Origin: Candidatus Spongiisociaceae bacterium
GTDB lineage: Bacteria; Actinomycetota; Acidimicrobiia; Spongiisociales; Spongiisociaceae
DNA: 64,000 bases
Reading direction: 5' to 3'
Assembly: GCA_965219685.1 (NCBI GenBank)
Contig: CBDCOH010000002.1
Span: forward strand, 4,192,001 to 4,256,000
Shown here: positions 1 through 9,302 of the stretch, one piece after another
How positions within the stretch are numbered: position 1 is the stretch's first letter
Layout of the letters: each line of letters starts with the position of its first letter
Translations under genes and position numbers: made by a program
The notes under the pieces: model-generated
What the model was told of the DNA's origin: nothing
Seen by the model: the letters and a program-made list of their open reading frames with translations, nothing else
Databases searched by the model: none

Positions 1-120
1 AGACGAGCATCCAATGGACCGATCGAGGGGATCAACGACCTCCACCCGGTCCTACGCGACGTCGCTCACGGGTTCACCAACACCAACAGTTCCGCAGCCC
101 GAGGACTCCTCGTAACATAA
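1..120 (+). pseudogene. C-terminal end of an ISL3-family transposase (partial at window edge, probably degenerate)
   Basis: Frame 1 reads RRASNGPIEGINDLHPVLRDVAHGFTNTNSSAARGLLVT*, resembling the ISL3 C-terminal SNGxxEGxN...R.A.GF.N motif. Confidence 0.6.
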
Positions 121-182
121 CCCCCACACCGACAACAGCGCCCAATACCCAACGAAATCGCGCAGCTTCGCTTATTGTCGGC

Positions 183-330
183 CTAGGCGTCCATTAGTTC
201 GCGGCGGCGTTGCAGGAGGTCGCTTCTCGCATATGCCTGCTCGGCGGAGGAACCGACCGGATGCGCGAGGCATGCTTCTGCTACTTCGCGGACAGTGCCT
301 GTGAGACGCTCCCTAAGGAGCTCTGACTCG
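183..330 (-). pseudogene. C-terminal fragment of a tyrosine recombinase (P4-like integrase)
   Basis: REVAEACLAHPVGSSAEQAYARSDLLQRRRELMDA* contains the LAH and catalytic-Tyr AYxRSD motifs. The N-terminal domains are missing. Confidence 0.7.
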
Positions 331-523
331 ACCACCTCCACACGGGCCTGTACCTGTAGCCTCTCCACAACGCCCGACCTTCCCGGCCCGGGCCAGCGGG
401 ATCGTATCCCCATCTGGTGGGCCTGCCACTGCTCATCACGGCGGTTCACGGCGATCACGTCAGGTCTTGTTCACCGAGCGGTGCCCAGGCTGACCCGATC
501 CGATTCGCGAAAACCCCTGGCGG

Positions 524-790
524 TTTACAGTAATTTCATATAGATTGCCTATGATCTCATGACTATCTTATGCTGACGTTTGTCGGGTAGCAGAGTTTCG
601 AGCATGATTTGGATCAAGGCCGGTGCGGGTCCGGTGTGAGTATGGATTGGGCCAGCGGGTTCCGGCGGAGGAGGGTCCCCGGAAGCGGACAAGTGGGGCA
701 GCCCGGCATCCTCCAGAGATTCACCGGGACCTCGCAGGCGTCACATCTGGCTCAGGCCGACGGGCCACTGGAGAGGCAGAGATCCGGGAA
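524..790 (+). promoter_or_regulatory. Conserved promoter/leader element, copy A
   Basis: TTTACA-N5-TTCATA-N13-ATCTCA-N5-ATCTTA-N9-TTGTCG(580)-N17-CATGAT(603), then a conserved leader to ATG 791. Confidence 0.75.
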
Positions 791-3700
791 ATGGGCGAGC
801 AGTATCGGGCTTCTAGACGGGATGACAAAGCGACGTGCTCGGTGACTGTTCTTCGGGTTGTGGCGGTCGCGGCGGTGATCTCCGCGGCGGCGGTCGCCGC
901 GACGGCGCAGAGCGGGACTGTGCCCGATGCGCCGCAGGGGCTTGCGATCTCCGCGGTCTCCCATGATTCGGTGACGCTGTCATGGACCGATCCGGGGGAC
1001 TCTTCCATCACGGGGTACCAGGTTCTTCGCCGCAACCGCGCGGTGCAAGCTGCGGGTGTGTTCGAGATCATCGATGACGCGGTGCCCGCCAACGCCACCA
1101 GCTACACCGATATGCCTGTTGAGGCATCGACCCGGTACGCGTACCGGATCAAGGCCCGCAACGCGCATGGGCTCAGTGGGTGGTCAGCGTGGGTCCGGGC
1201 GGACGTCCCCGAGCCCGCTCCCGAGCCCGACCCGTCCGTGACAGAGGCTACCGTACGAGACTCTGTTCTGCGCCAGGTCGCGGCTGCTCCGGTGATCACG
1301 AGTCTGGGCCCGTTCGCGGTGGATGAGGGCACGACTGCGGTGGTGACGCTCACCGCTTCTGATGACGACACCGCGGTTGGTGATCTGGTGTGGTCCAAGG
1401 CGGGGGGCGCGGATGCCGACGTGTTCACGTTGAGTTCATCGGGTGTGTTGTCGTTCGGTTCGGCCAAGGACTTCGAGGATCCTGACGATGACGACGCCGA
1501 CGGCGCCTATGAGGTGACGGTGCAGGTCAGCGACGGCGACAACAAGGTGACCGCTGCGGTGTTGGTGTCGTTGGTGAACATCGTTGAGTTGACCGCGATC
1601 GATGGGCCCACGGCTGTGACCTTCGAGGAGAACAGCTGGCTGCGGGTGGCGGAGTTCACGGCGTCCTCATCGCAGGACCGCGATGGGGTCTCTTGGACTT
1701 TGGGGGGCGCTGACTCGTCTCATTTGAGGATCGATGAGCCTGCGGGGGTGCTGCGGTTTGATCTTGATGCGGTGTCGCCGTCTGTGGTGTCGAAGCCCCC
1801 GGACTTCGAGGCGCCGGTGGATGCCGGCGCCGACAACGCGTATGTGGTGACGCTCACGGCCAGGGTGGGATCCGACACCGGCACGCCTTTGAGCGTGACG
1901 GTGACGGTGTCTGATGTTGACGAGCCCGGCACGGTGTCGCTGTCGACGAAGCGGCCCCGCACCGGCGTGGCGGTCACCGCGACGCTCGCTGATCCCGACG
2001 AGGTCACCAGCGGGTCGGAGACGTGGGTTTGGGAGCGCAGCGGCGCCTACGACGAGTGGATCGAGATCGCGGGTGCGACCGCCTCCAGCTACACGCCGGT
2101 CGCGGCCGACGCGGGCAATTTCCTGCGGGCCAGCGTCACCTACAGCGACCGCCACGGCAGCGGCGCGTCGGCCCAGGCCACCGCGCCCGAGGTGGTGGCC
2201 GCGGACCAGTTGAACGCGTTGGCGGTACGCACCAACGACTCTGCCGCGTCCTCGGACACGGAGCCGTGGCGGTTGATGCGGCCGTTGTTCGACGCGGCCA
2301 CGCTGCACTACTCGGTGGGCTGTGGCAGCCCTGACTTGATGACGCTCAGGTTCAGCCCCGCCGACGGGTCGAGCCGGATCTCGGTCGACGGCGTCCAGCA
2401 CGCCAACCCCGGCGCGGGCAACTCGACCACGGCGACGGTCTTGGTAACCGGCGACAGCGTCGTGGACGTCGTGCTGGCCGGCGCCGACGGCGCATACACC
2501 CGGTACGCCGTGCACTGCCTCGCCGAGAGCATCCGCGAGATCACACTCACGAAACCCCTCGGAGAAGCCGAGGTCCTCGACGAGCTGATGCTCTTCTTCA
2601 TCACACCGCACCTGGTGATCGTCGACAGCAACGGCGTCCCGCGCTTCCAGCGCCATCCGATCGCCTCCGCGGGGCCCTACTTCCGGTTCTATCCCGACGT
2701 CAACGGCGAGCCGCGCTACTCCCACAACGAGCCCGGCCGGGACTTCGTCATCCTGGACGGCAACTTAGACCGAGTCGACTCACCCCACACAGTCGCGCCC
2801 CTGACCCGTCACGACAACCACGACTTCCGGGTGCTCGACAACGGCGACTACATGCTGATGGCCTACCAGGACACCGAACGCGACCTCTCCCATCTGACCT
2901 TCACCGACAGGAACGGCGACCCCTTCGGGACCGACGTGTACGTCGAGGACTCTGTCATCCAGATCGTCACCCCCGGTGGCCGGGCGACGTTCAACTGGAA
3001 CTCGTGGGACCATATGCCGCTGGAGGACTGCGCGCAGCACTTCTTCCCGCCCGGCCGCGGCAGCTGGGCACATGTGAATGCCATCCAGTACGTGGACGAT
3101 GTGATCGTCGCGTCAATGCGGGGCTGCTCGCGGGTGCTGGCGATTGACGTCGACACCGGTGATGTGGTGTGGAGGGTGGGTCCCTCCAATCTCAGCACCG
3201 CCGAGTGGGCCGAGCGCGGCATCGGACCGCCGCCGCTGGACATCATCGGCGACCCGGCGGGCCAGTTCTGCGGACAGCACGGGTCGACGCTGCTGCCCGA
3301 CGGCAACCTGATCCTCTACGACAACGGCGTGGTGTGCACGATCGATCCCTGGACGGGTGAGACTCTTGTCCGGACGAACGAGGAGTACAGCCGCGCCGTC
3401 GAGTACGCTCTCGATCTCGACAACGGCGAGGCGGTGTTCGTGCGCGACCACTCGCTGCACGGCACCGAGTCCGAGGTTGGCTACCGGGGCGGGCACGTCG
3501 AGGCGCTGAGCAACGGCCATTGGCTCATCAGCTGGGGCAACAAGCATCCAACGCGCGACGATCCCCCGGAGCCGTCCGATGTATTGACCCAGGTCGACCC
3601 GGACACCGGCCAGGAGTGGCTCTCGGTGGACGGGCTCAGACGCGGGACTCGGGCCACCGTCATGCGGCCTGAACAGTTGTTGAGGGCCCGCCCGGCGCTG

Positions 3701-6700
3701 GAGGCCCGTTTTGTGGACAGCACCTACACGTCGGTGTTCCACACCGGTGCAGGGGACGCCCCTACGGTGGTGGTGGCGTTCAACCGTCCGGTGGCGGACT
3801 TCGCGGCGTCGTCTGCTTCGCTGAGTGTTCGGGGCGCGTCGGTGACCAGCGTGGCGCCCCATGTGGTGGCCGGGGAGCCCGCCAACGCGTACCTGGTGAC
3901 CCTGGCTCCCGACGGGCCCGGCGCCATCACGGTGAGGGTTGTTGCCGGCAAGGCGTGCGATGCCGGCGGGGTCTGTACTGCGGACGGAGCCGAGGTGGAG
4001 ACGGTTCCTGAGGCCTGGGTGATCAGCCCGCCGATCAGCGTGTCCTTCGGGGCCGGTTCCTATTCGGTGCGTGAGGGCGCCGCGCTGTCGGTGCCGGTGG
4101 TGTTGAGCGGAGCCCACGGCAGCCCAAGTCCCATAGACGTGCTGTTGGTCGCGTCGGCGGTGAGCGCCTCTGCGGACGACTTCTCGGTGCCGTCCAGTGT
4201 GAGCTTCGCGGCGGGCGAGACCCGCAAGTCGGTGTCCTTCGATGCGGCCGACGACGAGGTGGTGGAGGGCGCCGAGACGGTCGAGTTGAGCCTCGTCGCG
4301 CTGCCGACGGGTCTGATGGCTGGTTCGAACCAGACGACGACGATCACCGTCGCCGATGCCGACACGGCTGCGATCAGATTCGACGCTGCGGTCAGCGAGG
4401 TTGCTGAAGGGGGCCAGGTCGAGTTGACGTTCGCCATCACCAACGGTGTCGTCTTCGCAGCCGATCAGTCCATCAGCATCGAGGTCTCCGGGTCGGCGAC
4501 AGCCGGCGACGACTACGAACTGGTGGGCTCGCGGGGCCAGACGCTGTCGGCGCCGTACTCGGTGACGCTGGCGGCGGGAACGAACTCGCTCACGGCCACA
4601 TTGAGGGCGTTGGACGACTCCGATGCCGAACTGGCCGAGACAGTGTCGCTGAGCGCCCGGCTCGTCTCCACCGGCGCGCTGATCGGAGCGCGCACGGTGA
4701 CCGTCAGTCCCAGCGACCTGGACGCTCCCGAGGTCGAGATCGCCCAGGACGGTGCGGTGACCGAGGGCACCGAAGCGGTGTTCACCCTGACGCGCACCGG
4801 GACCGCCGGCAGCCCGCTGAGCGAGCCGCTCACCGTGCGGGTGCAGGTGACGGCCGCCGGCGGGGTCCTGCAGGGTGTGCCGCCGTCGACAGTGACCTTC
4901 GCCGGCGGCGCCAACACCGCCGAGCTGCGGGCCGCGACCGCCGATGACGACATCGTCGGCGACACAGTCACGGTCACCGCGCTGGTGCTGGCAGACAGAG
5001 CCAACCCTCCGGCGTACCTGACCGGCCCGTCCAATCACGCGACGGTTACCGTGCAAGACGACGACGCTGCAAGTTTCGCGGTGTCCGCATCCGCCAGCAC
5101 CATCGTCGAGGGCACCGACACGACGGTCACGATCGACACCGGCGGAACCACCTTCGCACAGGCCCAGACCATCAGCATCATCGTCGGCGGCAACGCAACC
5201 GCAGGCGACGACTTCGTGTTGACCGACACCGGCGGGCACCAGATCCAGGCGCCGTATGAGCTGGTGCTCGCGGCCGGCGCCGCGTCCACGAGCCTGACCG
5301 TCGCAGCCGCAACCGACGAGGCCAACGACAGCGGCGAGACGGTGGTGCTGTCGTTCCGCCACGACGGGAACTCCATCGGGACGGTCACCATCACCGTGGA
5401 CGACGTCAACCAGCGACCGGTGGTGGCCGGCGGCCGCTCGTTCTGGTACGCGGAGAACGACACAGCGACCGTGGCCGAGTTCACCGCGACCGACGCCGAG
5501 GATGACACGATCACATGGTCTCTCGGCGGCGCCGACGGCTCCCTGTTCACCATCGCCGGCGGCGAGTTGCGGTTCTTGGCGCCTCCGGATTTCGAGACGC
5601 CCGCAGACGCCGGCGCCGACAACTTCTATGACATCGTCGTGGAGGCTTCCGACGCCGGCGGCACGGCGGGCCGCGACGTGACCGTGACCGTCACCAACAT
5701 CGACGAAACCGCGACCATCACCAGCGACTCGGGCTCCTTCGCCATCAGCTACCCCGAGAACGCGGCCACCGATGTGGCTTCCTTCACCGCCGACGATCCC
5801 GAGAGCGCCAGGATCAGGTGGTCGCTCGGCGGCGACGACCGCGACGACTTCGAGATCGACGACGGTGGCGTGCTCAGCTTCTCGAGTCCGCCCGACCATG
5901 AACGCCCCGACGACGACAACGAAGACAACCAGTACCGGTTACAGGTCCAGGCCAGAGCAGGCGCGAGCGCCCCGGTGGCCGAGGCGGTGACCGTCAGCGT
6001 GAGCAATGTGGAAGAGCCCGGGGTCGTGCGTCTGTCGTCCCTGAGGCCCCAGGCGGCCACCGCTCTGACCGCTTCGCTCAGCGACGACGACGGCGTGTTG
6101 GCGGTACTGTCATGGACCTGGCAGCGCTCCCTGGCCGGTGGACCCTGGACAGATACCGGCAACGCCGCCACCTACACGCCAGCGGACGCCGACGTGGGCT
6201 ATGACCTACGGGTCGAGGCCACCTACCGAGACGGCGCCGGTTCGGGCACCGACAGCGCCAGCGCACACGCCGAGCACCCGGTGCGGGCCGCGCCGCTCAC
6301 CAACAGCCCGCCCACCTTCACCGGCGACGCCGCCGAACGCTCCATCGTGGAGAACTCACCCGCAGGCACACCCGTCGGCACAGCCGTCGCAGCCACCGAT
6401 CCCGACCCCGACGACCGCAACAAGCTCACCTACAGCATCTCAGGCACCGACGCCGATCTGTTCAGCATCGACGGAGCCACCGGACAGATCCGCGTCGGGT
6501 CGGGGACAGTGCTCGACTACGAGACCACCACAGGCCCCTACTCGGTCACCGTCACCGTCGCCGACCCCTCAGGCGACACCGACGACCAGCCCGTCACCAT
6601 CGAGGTGACCGACATCAACGAAGCACCCGAAGCGCAACACGACACCGCCACCACCTCCGAGGACACGCCCTTAAACATCACAGTGCTCTCCAACGACACC

Positions 6701-8443
6701 GACCCCGACGGCGACGCCCTCACGGTGACACGGCGTGACGCGCCCCTCAACGGCCGCGTCACGGTGCATGCCGACAACACCGTCACCTACACACCCCGCC
6801 CCGACTTCAACGGCGAGGACATTTTCACCTACGCCGCCTCCGACGGACGCCTCACCCACGAGGCAACCGTTACGGTGACGGTGACCGCGGTCAACGACCA
6901 GCCCCAGTTCTCTTCGGCATCCACCACCCGCAGCATCGCCGAAGGATCCCCTGCCGGGACGGCGGTCGGAGCTCCGGTGCAGGCCACCGACATCGACCGG
7001 GAACCCCTCACCTACAGCCTTTTCGCAGAGGACTCGCAGTCCTTCGCCATCGACCTCCACACCGGCCAGATCAGAGTCGCCGCAGGCGCTGTGATCGACC
7101 ACGCCCAGCAGCCCACCTACCGGCTCAGAGTCCAAGCAACCGACCCCCACAGCGCCAGAGCAAGCACCGCCGTCACCATCACCGTCACCACCGGAGGCGG
7201 AAGCGGACGAGGAACAAGCGGCGGCGGTGGCGGTGGAGGTGGTGGAGGTGGTGGTGGTGCAGGTGGTGGTGGTGGCCCGGTTCAAGACATCGGTGTGCCG
7301 GTGTTTGTGGAAGGGTCAACGGGTGTCCGTTCGGTGGCTGAGAACAGTGCGGCTGGGACCAGCATCGGTGACCCCCTCATGGCGGTGGATCCGGAGGGAG
7401 ACCCACTCACCTACACGCTTTCAGGAACCAACGCAGACCTTTTCGACCTCGACGCATCAACAGGTCAACTACTAACCAAAGCCGCCCTCGACTACGAAAC
7501 CAAAAACAGCTACACCGTCACCGTCGACGTGGGAGACAACAAGAACCCCGACGGTGAACCCGGCCAACAACGCGACGACTCCATCCGAGTAACCATCCTC
7601 GTCACCAACCAAGACGACCCCGGGACGCTCACCCCCTCCGTACCCACCCCACGAGTCGACCAACCCTTCCACATCGCATTAACAGATCCCGACGGCGGCG
7701 TCACCGACCTCGCCTGGAGATGGGACCGCTCCCCCGATCGGAACAGGTGGACACCAATCACCAGCGCAACGTCGGCCGCATACACCCCGACCGCAGACGA
7801 CCAAGGCCAACACCTGCGGGTAACCGCCACCTACACCGACGACTTCGGAGCAAACAAGGCAACAACACTCGAGCCCAATGCAGTTACCACCGGTTTCCGA
7901 ACCGGGTTCGAAGACCTATCAGCCGACAGCGTGCACACCCCCGCCATCCAAGCCCTAGCCAAACAAGGCGTGTTCGCCGACTCCGAATGCGGCCAAAGTG
8001 GTTTCTGCCCACACGAACCCATGCAACGATGGGTGATGGCAGTCTGGATGATCCGACTCCTCACCGAAGAACCCCCACCGGTGGTGGGCACCTCCCGCTT
8101 CGGTGACATAGCCGACGGACAATGGTGGATCCGCTACGTCGAACAACTAGCAGACCGCCGCATCACCATCGGATGCGACACCAACCCACCCCGATACTGC
8201 CCCAACAGTTCCGTAACCCGAGCGCAGATGGCCACCTTCCTGGCACGCGCCCTCCAACTCCAACCCGCAGCCCGCGCCGGGTTCGCCGACACCGAAGGCA
8301 ACACCCACGCCGCCAACATCGACGCGCTATTCGCCGCAGGGATCACCGTCGGATGCGACACCGACCCGCTGCGGTACTGCCCCGACCAGCCAGTAACCCG
8401 AGCACAGATGGCCACCTTCCTACACCGAGCCCTCAACCCCTAA
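791..8443 (+). CDS. Giant secreted surface protein: signal peptide, Fn3, cadherin repeats, arylsulfotransferase-like domain, Calx-beta repeats, Ig-like, Gly linker, 3 SLH
   Basis: ORF 623..8443, with the start moved to ATG 791 (MGEQYRA) by alignment with paralogous leaders. ASST motifs HDFRVL, HVNAIQY..SMRG and QHG..LYDNG; cadherin DFE/LDYE motifs; C-terminal CP...VTRAQMATFL repeats. Confidence 0.85.
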   Translation: MGEQYRASRRDDKATCSVTVLRVVAVAAVISAAAVAATAQSGTVPDAPQGLAISAVSHDSVTLSWTDPGDSSITGYQVLRRNRAVQAAGVFEIIDDAVPANATSYTDMPVEASTRYAYRIKARNAHGLSGWSAWVRADVPEPAPEPDPSVTEATVRDSVLRQVAAAPVITSLGPFAVDEGTTAVVTLTASDDDTAVGDLVWSKAGGADADVFTLSSSGVLSFGSAKDFEDPDDDDADGAYEVTVQVSDGDNKVTAAVLVSLVNIVELTAIDGPTAVTFEENSWLRVAEFTASSSQDRDGVSWTLGGADSSHLRIDEPAGVLRFDLDAVSPSVVSKPPDFEAPVDAGADNAYVVTLTARVGSDTGTPLSVTVTVSDVDEPGTVSLSTKRPRTGVAVTATLADPDEVTSGSETWVWERSGAYDEWIEIAGATASSYTPVAADAGNFLRASVTYSDRHGSGASAQATAPEVVAADQLNALAVRTNDSAASSDTEPWRLMRPLFDAATLHYSVGCGSPDLMTLRFSPADGSSRISVDGVQHANPGAGNSTTATVLVTGDSVVDVVLAGADGAYTRYAVHCLAESIREITLTKPLGEAEVLDELMLFFITPHLVIVDSNGVPRFQRHPIASAGPYFRFYPDVNGEPRYSHNEPGRDFVILDGNLDRVDSPHTVAPLTRHDNHDFRVLDNGDYMLMAYQDTERDLSHLTFTDRNGDPFGTDVYVEDSVIQIVTPGGRATFNWNSWDHMPLEDCAQHFFPPGRGSWAHVNAIQYVDDVIVASMRGCSRVLAIDVDTGDVVWRVGPSNLSTAEWAERGIGPPPLDIIGDPAGQFCGQHGSTLLPDGNLILYDNGVVCTIDPWTGETLVRTNEEYSRAVEYALDLDNGEAVFVRDHSLHGTESEVGYRGGHVEALSNGHWLISWGNKHPTRDDPPEPSDVLTQVDPDTGQEWLSVDGLRRGTRATVMRPEQLLRARPALEARFVDSTYTSVFHTGAGDAPTVVVAFNRPVADFAASSASLSVRGASVTSVAPHVVAGEPANAYLVTLAPDGPGAITVRVVAGKACDAGGVCTADGAEVETVPEAWVISPPISVSFGAGSYSVREGAALSVPVVLSGAHGSPSPIDVLLVASAVSASADDFSVPSSVSFAAGETRKSVSFDAADDEVVEGAETVELSLVALPTGLMAGSNQTTTITVADADTAAIRFDAAVSEVAEGGQVELTFAITNGVVFAADQSISIEVSGSATAGDDYELVGSRGQTLSAPYSVTLAAGTNSLTATLRALDDSDAELAETVSLSARLVSTGALIGARTVTVSPSDLDAPEVEIAQDGAVTEGTEAVFTLTRTGTAGSPLSEPLTVRVQVTAAGGVLQGVPPSTVTFAGGANTAELRAATADDDIVGDTVTVTALVLADRANPPAYLTGPSNHATVTVQDDDAASFAVSASASTIVEGTDTTVTIDTGGTTFAQAQTISIIVGGNATAGDDFVLTDTGGHQIQAPYELVLAAGAASTSLTVAAATDEANDSGETVVLSFRHDGNSIGTVTITVDDVNQRPVVAGGRSFWYAENDTATVAEFTATDAEDDTITWSLGGADGSLFTIAGGELRFLAPPDFETPADAGADNFYDIVVEASDAGGTAGRDVTVTVTNIDETATITSDSGSFAISYPENAATDVASFTADDPESARIRWSLGGDDRDDFEIDDGGVLSFSSPPDHERPDDDNEDNQYRLQVQARAGASAPVAEAVTVSVSNVEEPGVVRLSSLRPQAATALTASLSDDDGVLAVLSWTWQRSLAGGPWTDTGNAATYTPADADVGYDLRVEATYRDGAGSGTDSASAHAEHPVRAAPLTNSPPTFTGDAAERSIVENSPAGTPVGTAVAATDPDPDDRNKLTYSISGTDADLFSIDGATGQIRVGSGTVLDYETTTGPYSVTVTVADPSGDTDDQPVTIEVTDINEAPEAQHDTATTSEDTPLNITVLSNDTDPDGDALTVTRRDAPLNGRVTVHADNTVTYTPRPDFNGEDIFTYAASDGRLTHEATVTVTVTAVNDQPQFSSASTTRSIAEGSPAGTAVGAPVQATDIDREPLTYSLFAEDSQSFAIDLHTGQIRVAAGAVIDHAQQPTYRLRVQATDPHSARASTAVTITVTTGGGSGRGTSGGGGGGGGGGGGGAGGGGGPVQDIGVPVFVEGSTGVRSVAENSAAGTSIGDPLMAVDPEGDPLTYTLSGTNADLFDLDASTGQLLTKAALDYETKNSYTVTVDVGDNKNPDGEPGQQRDDSIRVTILVTNQDDPGTLTPSVPTPRVDQPFHIALTDPDGGVTDLAWRWDRSPDRNRWTPITSATSAAYTPTADDQGQHLRVTATYTDDFGANKATTLEPNAVTTGFRTGFEDLSADSVHTPAIQALAKQGVFADSECGQSGFCPHEPMQRWVMAVWMIRLLTEEPPPVVGTSRFGDIADGQWWIRYVEQLADRRITIGCDTNPPRYCPNSSVTRAQMATFLARALQLQPAARAGFADTEGNTHAANIDALFAAGITVGCDTDPLRYCPDQPVTRAQMATFLHRALNP

Positions 8444-8753
8444 CCCTGATTCTTCATGTTCCCGGCACACCGACGTACATCAGCCCAGTTCAACCTCATG
8501 ATTCCGGAGGGGCCACCCTTCACCCGGCGGGTTAGGCTCGCGCGGCCGCCGGGGCAAGGCTATCCGATAGCCGTAATCCCAGGTCAGGACTCCAAAGCTC
8601 CCGCTCCATCGATCCCTACAAACTCCGATCCATGAAGACTTGGGGCTAACACACGCCACCCTGCGAATCGGCCCCACTCGGCTGAACTGAGGTTGCCCAG
8701 CTCGAGTGGACGCTCTGTGACTTGGGATTGTTCCCAGAAGGAGCGTTCAGAGA

Positions 8754-8993
8754 ATGGGGAAGACGAAACCACCGTATCCGGCGGAGTTCCGAGCAGCGAT
8801 GGTTCGCCTGGTGCGAACCGGTCGCACGCCTGGCGAGTTGAGCCGGGGTGTCGAACCATCGGACCAGACCATCCGCAAGTGGGTGAACCAAGCCGATGTC
8901 GACGAAGGCCGCCGTGAAGGGCTGACGACCACCGAACGGGAAGAACTGCGCTGGGCGTGTTGGGGTTCGGAAGGGTCGGTTCTGGTCTGGTGA
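8754..8993 (+). pseudogene. Truncated IS3-family OrfA (HTH) remnant
   Basis: [23 protein letters not shown]...[29 protein letters not shown], then similarity is lost. No OrfB follows. Confidence 0.8.
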
Positions 8994-9044
8994 ACTCCGG
9001 CCATTTCCCCGTAGTGGGGGTAATCGCGGCAGCTTAGCCCAGAG

Positions 9045-9260
9045 GTTACATTGCTCTTATATAAATGGCCCAAGATTTTACGGCTATCTCATATCCGGGT
9101 TTGACAGTAGCTGGGGGGTCTCGGAGCATTGGGACTGTTCTCGATGCCGGTGCGGGTGGGATGAAGACGAACAGGATTCCTGATATAGAGAGTCCCGGTA
9201 GAACCCGCGGGCGGTCCATATCTCAACAGTCTCCGCGATCGGCCCGGGACCTCTCCTCGG
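9045..9260 (+). promoter_or_regulatory. Conserved promoter/leader element, copy B (diverged)
   Basis: GTTACA-N5-CTTATA-N13-ATTTTA-N5-ATCTCA-N9-TTGACA(9101), with a downstream CCGGTGCGGGT block. The -10 is unclear. Confidence 0.65.
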
Positions 9261-9302
9261 GTTTCGTTTGTTGTGGCAGCCCGAGCGTTAGAGACCGACG
9301 AG

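Noticed and set aside
522-550. Repeated AT-rich element as dif/pdif (XerCD) recombination sites
   Set aside because: The inner TAA/TTA arms are not conserved between copies. Direct-repeat phasing, -35/-10 spacing and orientation towards start codons fit a promoter better.
3113-5899. Long antisense ORFs (also 9741..11240, 20700..22025 and others)
   Set aside because: These are typical high-GC shadows of real genes and contain no recognisable motifs.
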